Source of the DNA: a virus
Taxonomy: Duplodnaviria; Caudoviricetes
DNA length: 38,330 nt
IMG/VR virus record: IMGVR_UViG_3300035235_000641
Coordinates: 1-38,330 of that record
Strand: one strand, 5' to 3'
The position numbers and the translations under genes were made by a program. Each line of letters starts with the position of its first letter. Within the stretch, counting starts at the first letter, position 1. Below the pieces are notes generated by a model. It was not told the origin of the DNA and searched no databases. It saw nothing but the letters and a program-made list of their open reading frames with translations. This document shows positions 27,901 to 35,477 of this stretch, in pieces.

Positions 27901-30892
27901 AATTGAAGAAGGTGGAACTCCAGCTAGACTAAGTGCTATCTTTGGAAACGGTAAAGCAAAATCTTCAAACATTAGAGTTAAGTTTGATAGAGTTACAGGT
28001 GCTTACTTATTCCAAACACTTGTTGAAACAGAAACATTTACTAGTAGTTTAGATCAATTACAATTAGATTTAAAATGGCCAATGCAGTTAAAGTCAACTA
28101 ACGTTACTGTTACACTAGATGGATTAGAATTATTAAAAAGTGAATACTCTTTTGAAAATGTTAAAGATAATACAAAAGGATTTACACGTAACTTTGGAAG
28201 AATCAAATTTACAACGTCATTAAAACTTGGTCAAACTATATCTGTAAAATATAATAAGTCACCTGACTTGTTACAAGCACAGGATAGAATTAATCTATAT
28301 TATGATCCAACTACAGGTCAATACGGAAACGATCTAGGACAATTATTAGATGGCATTGACTATGGCGGAGTTGAAGTTACTAGTTTTGATTTTGGATCTG
28401 GCACAGGTTGGGATTCAGATGCTTGGTTTACAACTACATACGATACATTTGATACTACGTTTGAAGATGAAATATTTCAGTTAGATGGAAGTACGGAAGT
28501 ATTCCAACTTACTACACCATTAGAAAATGGTGTAGAGTATAACATCTATCTAAACGGTGTAAGACTTGATGATCCAAACTTTGGAACAGAAAGCCAGACT
28601 AACGTTAATGCTGTATTACAGTCATTAACAGGCGACGGAACTACAAGCACAGTTACTATAACAATGGATGTACAAAGATTTGTTAGTGGCGATGTAGTTG
28701 TTGTACGTAAGAAATCATCAGACGGATCAGTTATTCCGGATCCTACATCTTATGATACATTATTACAAGGTGGCGATTTAGCATTTGGAACAGCAAAAGG
28801 TATTAACCCAGAAGAAATTATTATTGACGGTGATGGTTTTGTTACACCTACAACAAGTAAAGGTCCTGAAGAACAAGTTCCAGGACAAGTATTAGATTCA
28901 GTAGATATTAAAGTTTATCACAGACCTACAGAAGGCGGTAGTACATTATCTAGTAACACTTATAGTGCTGACGGTACAGAAACAAGATTTGCGTTTGGTA
29001 TACAACCACAAAACAAAGATGGACTTATTGTTACAGTTAATAATATTATACAATCACAATCACAATACACAGTAGATTATAGAAATAAAATAGTAACCCT
29101 TGCTAGTGTGCCAGCATTAGGTACAGAAGTAAACATTGTTAGTATTAGTGGCAACGGAGAAAATGTTCTTGAGCAAGCACAACTTATAGCTGATGGATCA
29201 ACTATACAATATATTACTAAGGCAAGATATACTGATGATTTAGATTATATAGCAACAGTTGACGGTGTTGAAGTTAAAAGTGTACTAGTAACAAGTCCAA
29301 ATGAAGACAGTACTGACGATGCTGATCCTAAAGCAACAATACTATTTGGTTCAGCACCAAGAGATAATAGTTTAATTAGTTACGCTATCTATAGCAAAAC
29401 TGATAGCTTCAGTAAAATTGAAACTACTGAGTTTACAGGTGACGGAAGTACAAGATTATTTGAGTTAGCAAAAACTCCGTACAGTGCAAAACCAAACAGT
29501 CATAATATAATTGTTAAAAAAGGTAATAAGATTTTAAATCCGGGATATAACCAACAGTTTAATGTTACTGCGGCAAGAGAATATTATCTTAAAATTTGGC
29601 AAACACCGGTTGGATCTTTTGACTCGAGTGACATATTAGTATTACTAAACGGAAAAGAGTTAGAAATTGCTGTTCAGTATAATATACGCCCGTCTAATAG
29701 TAGTGTTACACTTGAGCCAGGTATTGGTAATGAAGGCGATATATTAGAAGTTTATTTACGTACTGACGGAGATTACGCATTTGGTAGTATACAAAGTATT
29801 AATAGTCAAGATGTTTGGGTAGATAGTGGTAGTACATTACAATTAAACACAGCGCCGGCAGAAGGTGAGAAACTTACTGTGTATACATTTAATAAACACG
29901 ATAGCATGGACTTTGAAAGAATCAATTATGATGTTGTTTCAAGAACTGTGCTTAATACAAACAGTGAAGACTTTAAAGAATTTAAACGTTTACAAGGTGG
30001 ATTAGTAAAACTAAGGAACACAGCAATCGATGCTCAGTACGTATGGTTAACAGTTGACAGTGTATTACAAACACCTAGTGTAGACTATACTCTAACTGAT
30101 GATAAAAATTATCTAAGATACAAGACTAATTTCGCAGATAATAGTGTAATTGAACTTATACAATTTAGTGCTTTAGGACCAATTAGTCCAAAGTTTGGAT
30201 TTAGTCAGTTCAAAGATATCTTAAATAGAAATATTTACAAACGCTTAGGTGACAAAGCACCACTTAAATTAGCAATTGATTTAGGTATAACTGATAAACA
30301 AATTGTTTTAGAAGATGCTAGTACACTAAGCGCACCAGACAAAGACAGTGCTATACCAGGCATTATATTTGTAAACGGTGAACGTATTGAATATCTAATT
30401 AAGCAAGGCAATGTATTACGTCAAATTCAAAGAGGTACGCTAGGAACAGGAGCAAAAGCACTACACTTAGCAGGAAGTGACATATATAATGCTGACAATA
30501 CACAAACAGCACCATACAGAGATAACACTATTATAGATGAATTAGAAGGAGATAACTCAACACAAGTATTTGAGTTAGGATTTACTCCAAATAGTGTTAA
30601 TGAATTTGAAGTATTTGTAGGTGGCAAGAGATTGCGTAAGAATGCTATACAAGTATTTGACGCAACAAGAGATCAAGATTCCCCAGAAGCTGATATTACT
30701 TCACCAGCAGAGTTCTCCGTAGACGGAACAACATCATTTGTAACTTTGTTAAATAAACCCGGAGACGGTGTTAAGATACAAATAGTGCGTAGAACAGGAA
30801 CACTATGGTCAAATACTGGAGAATCACTAAATGACGCAGAAACTTTGGTTGCACGTTTCTTTAAGGCAGAAAAGGTGGAGCTACCCAAATAA
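15953..30892 (+). CDS. Giant 4979-aa virion structural protein, probable gp7-like baseplate wedge initiator with accessory modules
   Basis: Follows gp6; LLPRYF N-terminus; FG-GAP-like blades, CBM5/12-like modules, I.NPG.GY repeats, GDGST..F repeats. Confidence 0.75.
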   Translation: MAQDESGLPTSGNRKRSSADLLPRYFRTIANKKFISSTIDQMVQPGTIEKITGFIGRKDSKAFKSTDNYLSDVSADRVNYQLEPAAIVQDNIGNVLLHRDYRDYVNSTQIRNAENINHSLMNSQEYYAWSPHITWDKFSNFREYYWLPQGPDPIAVYGNAREIKSTIPVNYIDNVDNFAYNFNPTNQNSNTTLTLYRGQEYTFDIVTPNMPFTIRTSKTVDDDTSLYNEGVSQQKVENGQIVFTVGLESPDYLYYVNENDIEASGLIVIKDIRDNTELDVNNILDKKSYTMQNGYKLSNGMKVKFYGKITPEKYGEGNWYVEGVGDNIKLVSEQDVLITADYLLDNATEFDQAGFSTLPFDNATSYASEKDYICINKASPDKNQWARYNRWTHRSIIETTATINNTPTSLDLNYRATRPIIEFESGLKLYNNGTSAKQSVDLIDTVTTDVFSNIEGQSGYFVDGTDLVAGQRVLFTADKDSFVFGKIYQVAFITINGNNQITLKETTDTAPLTNETVFIKSGTTYKGKMFYYDGTSWKQSQDKTGLNQAPLFDLYNDQGNALSTLDSSSFAGNKLFSYKVGTGTNDTELGFPLSYRTIENSGDIVFDFNLLADTYRYDIIANTVTASTDTALLRKYTSIDTYTSPGAWTKGDRKSEQWVIDQPTVGPRLNNFIIDMFVNSATLTDLKVKVYLNNNRVKDPFYTLTTTNNYKYVTFAKDLTAGDKLVIKVFSTANKTPQSGFYEFPTNMEKNPMNENVIDFTLGEVLDHVDSIIDNTETFDGIFPGVSNLRDLGSVSKFGLKFVKHSGPINLALFNLTQKDYNSIDAIKFAGLEYIKFKREFLRIANELGYDGEVKQHVDKVLDELNFTKTSKDPFFFSDMFGHNSSKMTKHVIDDSSETIFSLTRGIDFTELNNQSVLPYLNGIQLVKDKDYTVTTTGFLTLIVPVVANDVLEVYEFESTDGCWVPPTPTKLGLYPKFEPKIMLDDTYVSVVPESEGPYKIYGIDEETTMSYKGKLGWFYPLYTSETAAAAADIGTGGSGLAHIHTFAGYNKVFYMPNSNMSHATSDSVAYDEWPMAKPIIQGHDGSRWVCFGDYRDHLLLDIEKRIYNNLKQPYDETVLDIADFIETRSRKTGFGRYITTDTLISDFNSWLETVGNPDYSTNKVFDRTNGFTFNYSKFADINDLPLPGFWRSIYKDFYNTDRPHSHPWEVLGLKIKPSWFDKVYGEAPYTRNNLILWEDLSKGIMREPGEKVKYRNKFINNDIINYIPVDDQGYLLDPANCGIARYGIDSSYQDPFIFGDEAPIEAAWRNSSHYPFSLMKTWALHQPAQFFGLAFDRSRIKRNEADQLVYTATSKNIELSKLVFPNNTTDTTRVFTSGIVNYIQGYLAQNETIQFGAYQNNLKNLQNKISAKIGGFTQQDKFKLILDSRTPTNEGNVFVPEENYKIHLVKSTPIDVYSYSGIIIEVVPAGYIVKGYDKERPTFRTYAPNRKNNDPLTNIGGTSEPFLTWDSGKFYELGQIVENGGTYFRVKEGHNSTDGFDNDKFQKLAELPQEGGASAFFSKNWDLSTVIGVPYGTLFREKQEVVDFIRGYGRYLQTKGFIFERFNQDLEEIENWDLSAKEFLYWTTQNWDSGTILTVSPSAQQIEFNEEYKVVDDIYDNFYDYSLLSSDGKRLLADFATTERDNSNSFGLFVKNTEEGIYSLKIPTVQHEHVVILDNRTVFGDVIYNRPQGYRQERIRVNGYRSDNWNGSFNVPGFIFDDAKVYEWQEYQDYPIGTLVKHKQFYYVTKDDVSGTQFFVDSNFVRLDGAPKPGLLPNWDYKAKQFLDFYDLDSDNFDADQQRLAQHLIGYQNRTYLGNIINDDVSQFKFFQGAIQDKGTKNVLTKLFDKLGSASKDSLEFYEEWAIRVGRYGATTGDDQFEITLDEEQYRQEPQKIELVDSIDPQDTSLIYRLTQNDILTKSNNYDHKPLPVKYFNDANSYTKTAGYVNPNDVTVQLLTYSSIVDKTLTEIPANSYIWTANSKQQTTWAVYKHVESNNKITSISDSDTDSFTITLDTVGDVTTGDIVGVHDISTDVDGFYEIESISLNVLTLKTTDSITAIASANGYLTQFTNYRLPNIATANDIIKNSKQFSTDPTAKKYTDTIWVDDDDSGKWTVLKNKQVFELKTDIKNTLAGLLDSTQKDFGADFAISDNNNTIAISAPKDLNGSVYIFARPSDNTDFGYLQQIDEQAFLYDQNGGFGTSVAMSGDNKYLAIGSPNAGNLKSKLKGEYNNLENYVAGDVVLYDEQLWKAKRIIEGDSIQVFPASSSNQQSLDGTYDNVANEYPETVFMARGDYGLGTDVATDHILIRAEQEQFEGTRTGDRLFLKWNRYTTGNLSGRDPFNGDPVLTEAFINGEHAITAKVQKVLQIESSLSVPDVGSTVQTDTGKAIVVYRKINDDNQMAVYINDINGTFTESGVLTQNNVTVGDYQVILKTDDTYHNGWWKIDVGSSFNTTELQETDPQLVIQTIKVENDFVTPTPDFTNILDVQLQQDISKPTQPSLIGTLSHTEGSTLIDRIDSKWFIRSEAVAGANNIVGDKLRVWLNNITVNGIVQNPSAINLDFTYINDTEHTIADIWNGFMDVRLTNFNLQGDPFIPLVGNTITDSATGESAEIVYIKRDFGVVRIFFKNKTGTMSVGSDYGVNSNATFIENDSTLRTIGPINAIHHENSISGPLIVIDKQTNIAIPTTNTLQALEYFLYQSATVSGVFELATPPSALNLDWTRTYNLPLTAEGIASGFTNEGAFAVYEKKGLTYQLLSYYTLPKSENNRRLGNQLKFSQTGENYRLYIHAKGDGTEVNNGKIFFVDKTPTEDWTIGSEPLYRGLHRSGATYVQGEYVKFGEAVYESKSNIIPGVFNPLLWEQVNSGIDLLGYVPNDTNFSITESTVDQLYLEEVGESFDVSTDGSVLITTARYLNTQDSAIPNTKVVIYRKFEDQFVYSQILEPSDLSEHFGEDIAISADGRKIAIGASFNSDTSRSNGAVYVYVQSGNTFVYKQTIRPKDSTPNTRFGSKLDFDGQTLAITAKGGDIETQTTFDFVTSFDRGNTEFLTTDNNSGLVSIYESINDSLLYGQDFSYNVDTEDFGSILKVKNNHVYVGLPKQTTITNGVQDRGVVAEYRKPLNSKAWDIARSPVVPADTEKFKGVFLYNTVDNVLVSYIDYIDPIQGKIAGPAEQEISFKTSYDPCRYNVSTDANILEHTLDYTSDTWVGKLWWDIDSARFINHHQGDITEGTNNFNKLFEGTTVDIYEWVESTLLPSEWDAQQGSESGLADGISGTTKYGDSVYSKRRKYNSASGTFANFYYYWVKNKRTLPQVANRSVTGFDVATYISDPASIGYRFVAMLSNQRFALFNCESLIQDKDVALSFNWWTIDNQEQNTHNQYQIITDGLETSIPNRVIEQKWFDSLVGFDTNERPVPDITLPTNQKYGTLNQPRQSWFINKTEARKQFIERANGVLKDNLVVDDFDLTKLTEFDPTPTVATGIFDTTADTFAEMRFVSIARVKPATLTLEIENGVIINVLITDPGEGYINPPTYTITDNQGSGAELNISLDANGKISSVEIINPGKGYSSNTRITLRNFAVLVKNDENINGKWSVFQWNGIEYQRTLTQSYDVNLYWKYIDWYGKDYNQFTFINNVIDASYQLYGLENNIGDIVKISNVGTGGWLLLKKVANEDTTDYSVNYTTIGRQNGTIEFLDSLYDVNSDNIAFDGASYDRIFYDTEPVQEMRKIINVIKNDIFVDQLQIHWNELFFASLKYVFTEQLNVDWAIKTSFVKAKHNVGNLDQRITFKNDSLPSYEKYVEEMKPYKTKVREYLSSYENLETSANNITDFDLPPVYSELQGKIVPQSVQIVDGQIVSDNARITEYPAKHWADNVGFEITSIAIADAGSGYNIAPVIQITGGGGSGAKAEAFVGNGKITLVKIINPGSGYLSNPTITIIGSIEEGGTPARLSAIFGNGKAKSSNIRVKFDRVTGAYLFQTLVETETFTSSLDQLQLDLKWPMQLKSTNVTVTLDGLELLKSEYSFENVKDNTKGFTRNFGRIKFTTSLKLGQTISVKYNKSPDLLQAQDRINLYYDPTTGQYGNDLGQLLDGIDYGGVEVTSFDFGSGTGWDSDAWFTTTYDTFDTTFEDEIFQLDGSTEVFQLTTPLENGVEYNIYLNGVRLDDPNFGTESQTNVNAVLQSLTGDGTTSTVTITMDVQRFVSGDVVVVRKKSSDGSVIPDPTSYDTLLQGGDLAFGTAKGINPEEIIIDGDGFVTPTTSKGPEEQVPGQVLDSVDIKVYHRPTEGGSTLSSNTYSADGTETRFAFGIQPQNKDGLIVTVNNIIQSQSQYTVDYRNKIVTLASVPALGTEVNIVSISGNGENVLEQAQLIADGSTIQYITKARYTDDLDYIATVDGVEVKSVLVTSPNEDSTDDADPKATILFGSAPRDNSLISYAIYSKTDSFSKIETTEFTGDGSTRLFELAKTPYSAKPNSHNIIVKKGNKILNPGYNQQFNVTAAREYYLKIWQTPVGSFDSSDILVLLNGKELEIAVQYNIRPSNSSVTLEPGIGNEGDILEVYLRTDGDYAFGSIQSINSQDVWVDSGSTLQLNTAPAEGEKLTVYTFNKHDSMDFERINYDVVSRTVLNTNSEDFKEFKRLQGGLVKLRNTAIDAQYVWLTVDSVLQTPSVDYTLTDDKNYLRYKTNFADNSVIELIQFSALGPISPKFGFSQFKDILNRNIYKRLGDKAPLKLAIDLGITDKQIVLEDASTLSAPDKDSAIPGIIFVNGERIEYLIKQGNVLRQIQRGTLGTGAKALHLAGSDIYNADNTQTAPYRDNTIIDELEGDNSTQVFELGFTPNSVNEFEVFVGGKRLRKNAIQVFDATRDQDSPEADITSPAEFSVDGTTSFVTLLNKPGDGVKIQIVRRTGTLWSNTGESLNDAETLVARFFKAEKVELPK

Positions 30893-30895
30893 ATA
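30890..30895 (+). promoter_or_regulatory. Late promoter box TAAATA overlapping stop codon
   Basis: ATAAATACAGT. Confidence 0.65.
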
Positions 30896-30913
30896 CAGTG
30901 TAGGAAAAAAATT

Positions 30914-31525
30914 ATGATAGACACTATTAAAGAACAAAACGGAGTAATGCTCCAAGGACATATTAAGATAACTGACCCTAAATCAGGTGAAGTGCTTATT
31001 GATAAACGGAATGCTATTCATTATGAGAATATGAGTATTTCATTAGCTGAAAGTTTAGCTAACGCAGGTGAAGGATTTGTGTATCAAATGGCATTTGGTA
31101 ACGGTGGAACTAGTATTGATCCTACAGGCATTATTACATACTTAACACCAAACTCAACAGGAACTAATGCTAGTTTGTATAACCAAACTTTTATTAAAGT
31201 TGTTGATGATAGAAGTGTTAATAATACAGACCCAGCAAGAAATAAAATTGAATCAAGACACGTAAGCGGTACTAATTATACAGATATTGTTATTAGTTGT
31301 TTACTTGACTACGGTGAGCCAACAGGGCAAGATGCTGTTGATAACGCAACCAATGCTGATAGTTTATATGTGTTTGATGAACTAGGCTTAGTAAGTTATA
31401 GCCCATCAGGACAAGGTAGACTGTTAACGCATGTAATTTTCCACCCAGTACAAAAGAGTTTGAATAGACTTATTCAAATTGATTATACTGTGCGTGTACA
31501 AAGTTTATCAGGATTGAGTGAATAA
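30914..31525 (+). CDS. Baseplate/fibre-attachment structural protein (possibly gp8-like)
   Basis: MAFGNGG and FDELGL motifs resembling fibre-attachment proteins; position between wedge and fibres. Confidence 0.55.
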   Translation: MIDTIKEQNGVMLQGHIKITDPKSGEVLIDKRNAIHYENMSISLAESLANAGEGFVYQMAFGNGGTSIDPTGIITYLTPNSTGTNASLYNQTFIKVVDDRSVNNTDPARNKIESRHVSGTNYTDIVISCLLDYGEPTGQDAVDNATNADSLYVFDELGLVSYSPSGQGRLLTHVIFHPVQKSLNRLIQIDYTVRVQSLSGLSE

Positions 31526-33606
31526 TGGCATATACAATTAACTACTCGGACACTAACAAAGGTACTATTTCAATTGAAGATAGTACAATCAATCAGCAAA
31601 CAAGTTTAGATATTCCTGGACGTAACACTACTAGTTATGGGTCAGTTATTGCCGAAAACTTTTTAAAGCAATTAGAAAACTTTGCTAGTACATCAGCACC
31701 AAGAAATCCAATCCAAGGACAGTTATGGTATGATAGTTCAACAGGAGTTGACACACTTAAACTATACGATGGTACAGGTTGGGTTAATGCTAGTGGACTT
31801 AAAAAAGGAAGTACAGCACCAGATGTTTCTAACGCACTACAAGGTGACCTTTGGTCAGATACAGACAACAACCAGTTGTATATTTTTACGGGTAGTGGAT
31901 GGACACTAGTTGGACCAGAATATAGTGATGGACTATTAACTGGAGCAAAGCCAGTTGTAGTAACAGGTAAAGACGATGTACTTTATACTATCCTACAAAT
32001 TGAAGTAGCAGGGTCACCAATAGCAATTTATTCAACAAGAACATTCCAACCAAAAACAACTATCGCAGGATTTACAATTATACAACCAGGACTAAACTTA
32101 TCAAGTTTAAACATTGGTGGATCAGGTGTTAGTAAATTTTTAGGAACAAGTGAAAAAGCAGAAAATCTTATTGTTAACAATGAAGTAGTTGACGCAAGTA
32201 AATTTTTAAGAAATGATGTTACAAGTACATCAAATGAACAAATTATTATTAGTAATAACGCAGGTATACAAGTAGGGCAAACTGCTACTGTAACATTTGA
32301 CGTACAAGGTACATCAGGCGCAATTACTAACCTAACATCAGGAGCACCAATTGACTTTAAAGTTAATAACTTAGGTGTACAGAAAAACGTTATTAGAATT
32401 GACTCAACTGAAAAAGTTGGTATTAATACACTAAGTCCAGCAGAGGCACTTGATGTAGCAGGATCAATTCAAGCAAGTGATAACTTAACTATACAAGGTA
32501 CAACAGATAGTGCTAGTATTGGTACTGGCGCAGTTAAAATTAGTGGCGGTGTAGGTATTGCTAAAAAACTATTTGTTGGTACAGAATTAAATGTAGCAGG
32601 AGAAAGTTCAACAGCAAGTATCCTTCCATTAGCAACACAGAGTCATAGTTTAGGATCTTCAACACTCCGTTGGTCAGCAGTACACGCTGTTGAATTTAGA
32701 GGTAACTTAATTGGTAATATTACAGGTACAGTTACAGGTGGTGCTACTAATGCTAATAAATTAACATCAGCAACTACTTTTGAGTTAACAGGTGATGTAA
32801 GTTCAAATCAAATTACGTTTGACGGACAAGTTGGCGGAACAACAAAAACATTTAGTACAGCAATTAGTAATACGTTTATTGCTGGTAAGCAAGCTGTAAC
32901 AGTTCCTAACAATGATGATGAAATTATCATTAACAGAATTTCAGGTGATGATACAGGTGTGTTTAAGATCTCACAACAAGCACTAGTTAGTAGTGTACCA
33001 GTTATACCAGTTGGAACTATTGTACCATTTGGTGGTGTTAATACACCGGCAGGTTGGTTACTATGCGACGGAGCAGAAGTAAAAATTTCAGATTACTTGG
33101 GTTTATACAATGCTATATTATTCCAGTTTAAAGATCAAAGCCAGGTTACATCAGGTAATTTTGGTTTACCTGACTTTAGAGGTAGATTTGCTTTAGGTGC
33201 TGATAACTTAGGCGGCACAAGTGCTAACAGAGTATCAGACGTTAACGCTGATACAATTGGACTAGCATCAGGTGTTGAAAGTAGAGCAATTGATGTTAAA
33301 AACTTACCAGAACACGAACATGATTTAAGATCACCAAAAGGTGCTCAGTTCTATGTTATACTAGATGATAGTGGTGTACAGCAAGATGCTGATACTATTC
33401 CATATGATGCTCCAACAGGTTCACAAGCAGGACAAGCAAGAACAACATCAGGTGGTGTTTTAAATAGAAGAAACATTCAGTATAACACTAACACAGGATT
33501 AGAAGAATTTGAAACATTTGATATTACTGAATTAGGGACACCATTTAATGTTATGAACCCGTTCTTAACAGTCAAATATATTATCTATACGGGAGTCGGG
33601 GGCTAA
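31525..33606 (+). CDS. Tail fibre with C-terminal tail-collar domain
   Basis: IPVGTIVPFGG...PAGWLLCDG...LPDFRGRF...NLPEHEH...KYII; VGINT fibre repeat. Confidence 0.85.
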   Translation: MAYTINYSDTNKGTISIEDSTINQQTSLDIPGRNTTSYGSVIAENFLKQLENFASTSAPRNPIQGQLWYDSSTGVDTLKLYDGTGWVNASGLKKGSTAPDVSNALQGDLWSDTDNNQLYIFTGSGWTLVGPEYSDGLLTGAKPVVVTGKDDVLYTILQIEVAGSPIAIYSTRTFQPKTTIAGFTIIQPGLNLSSLNIGGSGVSKFLGTSEKAENLIVNNEVVDASKFLRNDVTSTSNEQIIISNNAGIQVGQTATVTFDVQGTSGAITNLTSGAPIDFKVNNLGVQKNVIRIDSTEKVGINTLSPAEALDVAGSIQASDNLTIQGTTDSASIGTGAVKISGGVGIAKKLFVGTELNVAGESSTASILPLATQSHSLGSSTLRWSAVHAVEFRGNLIGNITGTVTGGATNANKLTSATTFELTGDVSSNQITFDGQVGGTTKTFSTAISNTFIAGKQAVTVPNNDDEIIINRISGDDTGVFKISQQALVSSVPVIPVGTIVPFGGVNTPAGWLLCDGAEVKISDYLGLYNAILFQFKDQSQVTSGNFGLPDFRGRFALGADNLGGTSANRVSDVNADTIGLASGVESRAIDVKNLPEHEHDLRSPKGAQFYVILDDSGVQQDADTIPYDAPTGSQAGQARTTSGGVLNRRNIQYNTNTGLEEFETFDITELGTPFNVMNPFLTVKYIIYTGVGG

Positions 33607-33607
33607 G

Positions 33608-35446
33608 ATGGCATATCAAATTAATAAGACTAGTGGAGCATTACTTGTTAACCTAGCAGACGGACAAATAGATTCAACATCATCGGATTTATCACTCATA
33701 GGTAGAGGATACACAGGGTTTGGTGAAGCAGTTAATGAAAATTTTGTTAAAATACTTGAAAATTTTGCTAACACATCTGCTCCGGCAAATCCACTAGCTG
33801 GACAAATTTGGTGGGATACTAGTGTTTCACGTTTAAAAGTTTATACAGGAACTAACTGGACTACAGGCGGTGGACCTATTGTTGGACCGCAACAACCTGT
33901 AATGGTTGCTGGTGACTTATGGATTAACAATGATGCTAACCAACTTTACTTCTTTGACGGCACAGACTTAGAATTAGCAGGACCTATTTATAATGCGTTC
34001 CAAGGACGTTCAGGACCTGAAGTAATTACAGTACTTGATCAAACAGGTACTAGTAGAACTATTGTAAAATATTGGGTAGGTGGCACACTTGTAGGTTTAT
34101 GGAGTAAAGTTTCATTTATTCCACAAAACGTAGATACTATTCCAAGTTTTACAGGTAATGTTGTTAAAGGATTTAACGTTGTTGACAATGATTTTATATT
34201 TGCTGGTACAGCAAGTAGAACATCAGCACTAGTTGATAGTAATAATGTATCAAGAACAGCGGCACAGTTCCTTGCTAGTGACTCAGATGATGCTACTAGT
34301 GGTTCACTTGCTGTAAGAAACAATAGCGGAATTACTGTTGGATTAGGTGACAACCACGTTGTTAAGGTTACAAGCGCAGGCGTAATAGCACTTAACGAAG
34401 TTTCAAATCAAAACTATACAATACAAGTACGTACATCAAGTGGTATTCAAAATGCTATTAGTGTTAAAGCTGAAGATAGTAGAATAGGAATATACAATGA
34501 TAGTCCTTCTTATACATTAGATGTAGGCGGAGATGTACGTGTAGGTGGTAACTTAATAGTAAGCGGTAGTACAGTTAGTATTGACGTTACAGAATTAAGT
34601 ATTGAAGATAAAAGTATTACACTTGCTAAATCAAGTGATAGTACAGTTTTAAATGACACACAAGTTGATGAAGCAGGATTAATTGTACAAAGTTCCGGAG
34701 GAGATAAACAATTCCTTTGGAGATCAGCAACTTCATCTTGGACAACTAATCAAAGTATTAACTTGTTACCAGGAACAAAGATTAAAGCTAACGGAGTTGA
34801 TATTATTGACGGTACAGGTGCTCCGGGTATTACAAGTATTGGTGCGTTAACATCAGCAAATATTGGTAATATTGCGTTTACTGGCGTTAGATTACAATCA
34901 ACATCAACTGATTTAAGCGGAAACGGATTAACATTCGATGTAGCAGGTCCAGTAGAACTTACTACAACACAACGTATAACAAATGTAACAGATCCAGTAG
35001 GCGCACAAGACGTAGCAACAAAATCATACGTTGATAGCCAAATTAATTTAGAAGTATTAGCACTAGCATTAGACGTTACAGGACTAGGAACAGCAGGAAC
35101 AGCTCAACAGCATACAAATATTGCTACTATTGTGAATGATATTGCTCCTGCGGCAACAAAAGAGAACGGTACTGAAGCTAGAATACACTGTACAACCACA
35201 ACAGGTGCTACAGCTACACTAACAGGTGCTTCTTTGAACACAGCGTTTAACGCATCAAACGCTTTAGTACAGCAATTAGATAACGGCGGCAACGATGACG
35301 GGTCGGTAAGCGTTATACAAAGTGCTGTATTTAATGACACAACAGGTTCGATTACATCGACAGTAACACGAACACTTAAACTATTTAGAATTACTGGTGG
35401 AGCCTGGGCATATGTTCAAGACTTGACTCCGGGCAGTTTGGTATAA
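33608..35446 (+). CDS. Tail fibre paralog 2
   Basis: Shared N-terminal module; RIGI...TLDVGG repeat; ITNVTDPVGAQDVATKSYVD neck motif. Confidence 0.75.
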   Translation: MAYQINKTSGALLVNLADGQIDSTSSDLSLIGRGYTGFGEAVNENFVKILENFANTSAPANPLAGQIWWDTSVSRLKVYTGTNWTTGGGPIVGPQQPVMVAGDLWINNDANQLYFFDGTDLELAGPIYNAFQGRSGPEVITVLDQTGTSRTIVKYWVGGTLVGLWSKVSFIPQNVDTIPSFTGNVVKGFNVVDNDFIFAGTASRTSALVDSNNVSRTAAQFLASDSDDATSGSLAVRNNSGITVGLGDNHVVKVTSAGVIALNEVSNQNYTIQVRTSSGIQNAISVKAEDSRIGIYNDSPSYTLDVGGDVRVGGNLIVSGSTVSIDVTELSIEDKSITLAKSSDSTVLNDTQVDEAGLIVQSSGGDKQFLWRSATSSWTTNQSINLLPGTKIKANGVDIIDGTGAPGITSIGALTSANIGNIAFTGVRLQSTSTDLSGNGLTFDVAGPVELTTTQRITNVTDPVGAQDVATKSYVDSQINLEVLALALDVTGLGTAGTAQQHTNIATIVNDIAPAATKENGTEARIHCTTTTGATATLTGASLNTAFNASNALVQQLDNGGNDDGSVSVIQSAVFNDTTGSITSTVTRTLKLFRITGGAWAYVQDLTPGSLV

Positions 35447-35449
35447 ATA
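35442..35449 (+). promoter_or_regulatory. Canonical T4-type late promoter TATAAATA
   Basis: Exact match, overlapping TAA stop at 35444-35446. Confidence 0.8.
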
Positions 35450-35477
35450 CATATAACACAATTAGGGGTTTATTTAA

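Noticed and set aside
588-35340. Short antisense or off-frame ORFs in the track (e.g. 1690-2091, 4540-4923, 6852-7184, 23482-23907, 34039-34353)
   Set aside because: Shadow frames nested in well-supported genes, with no recognisable motifs
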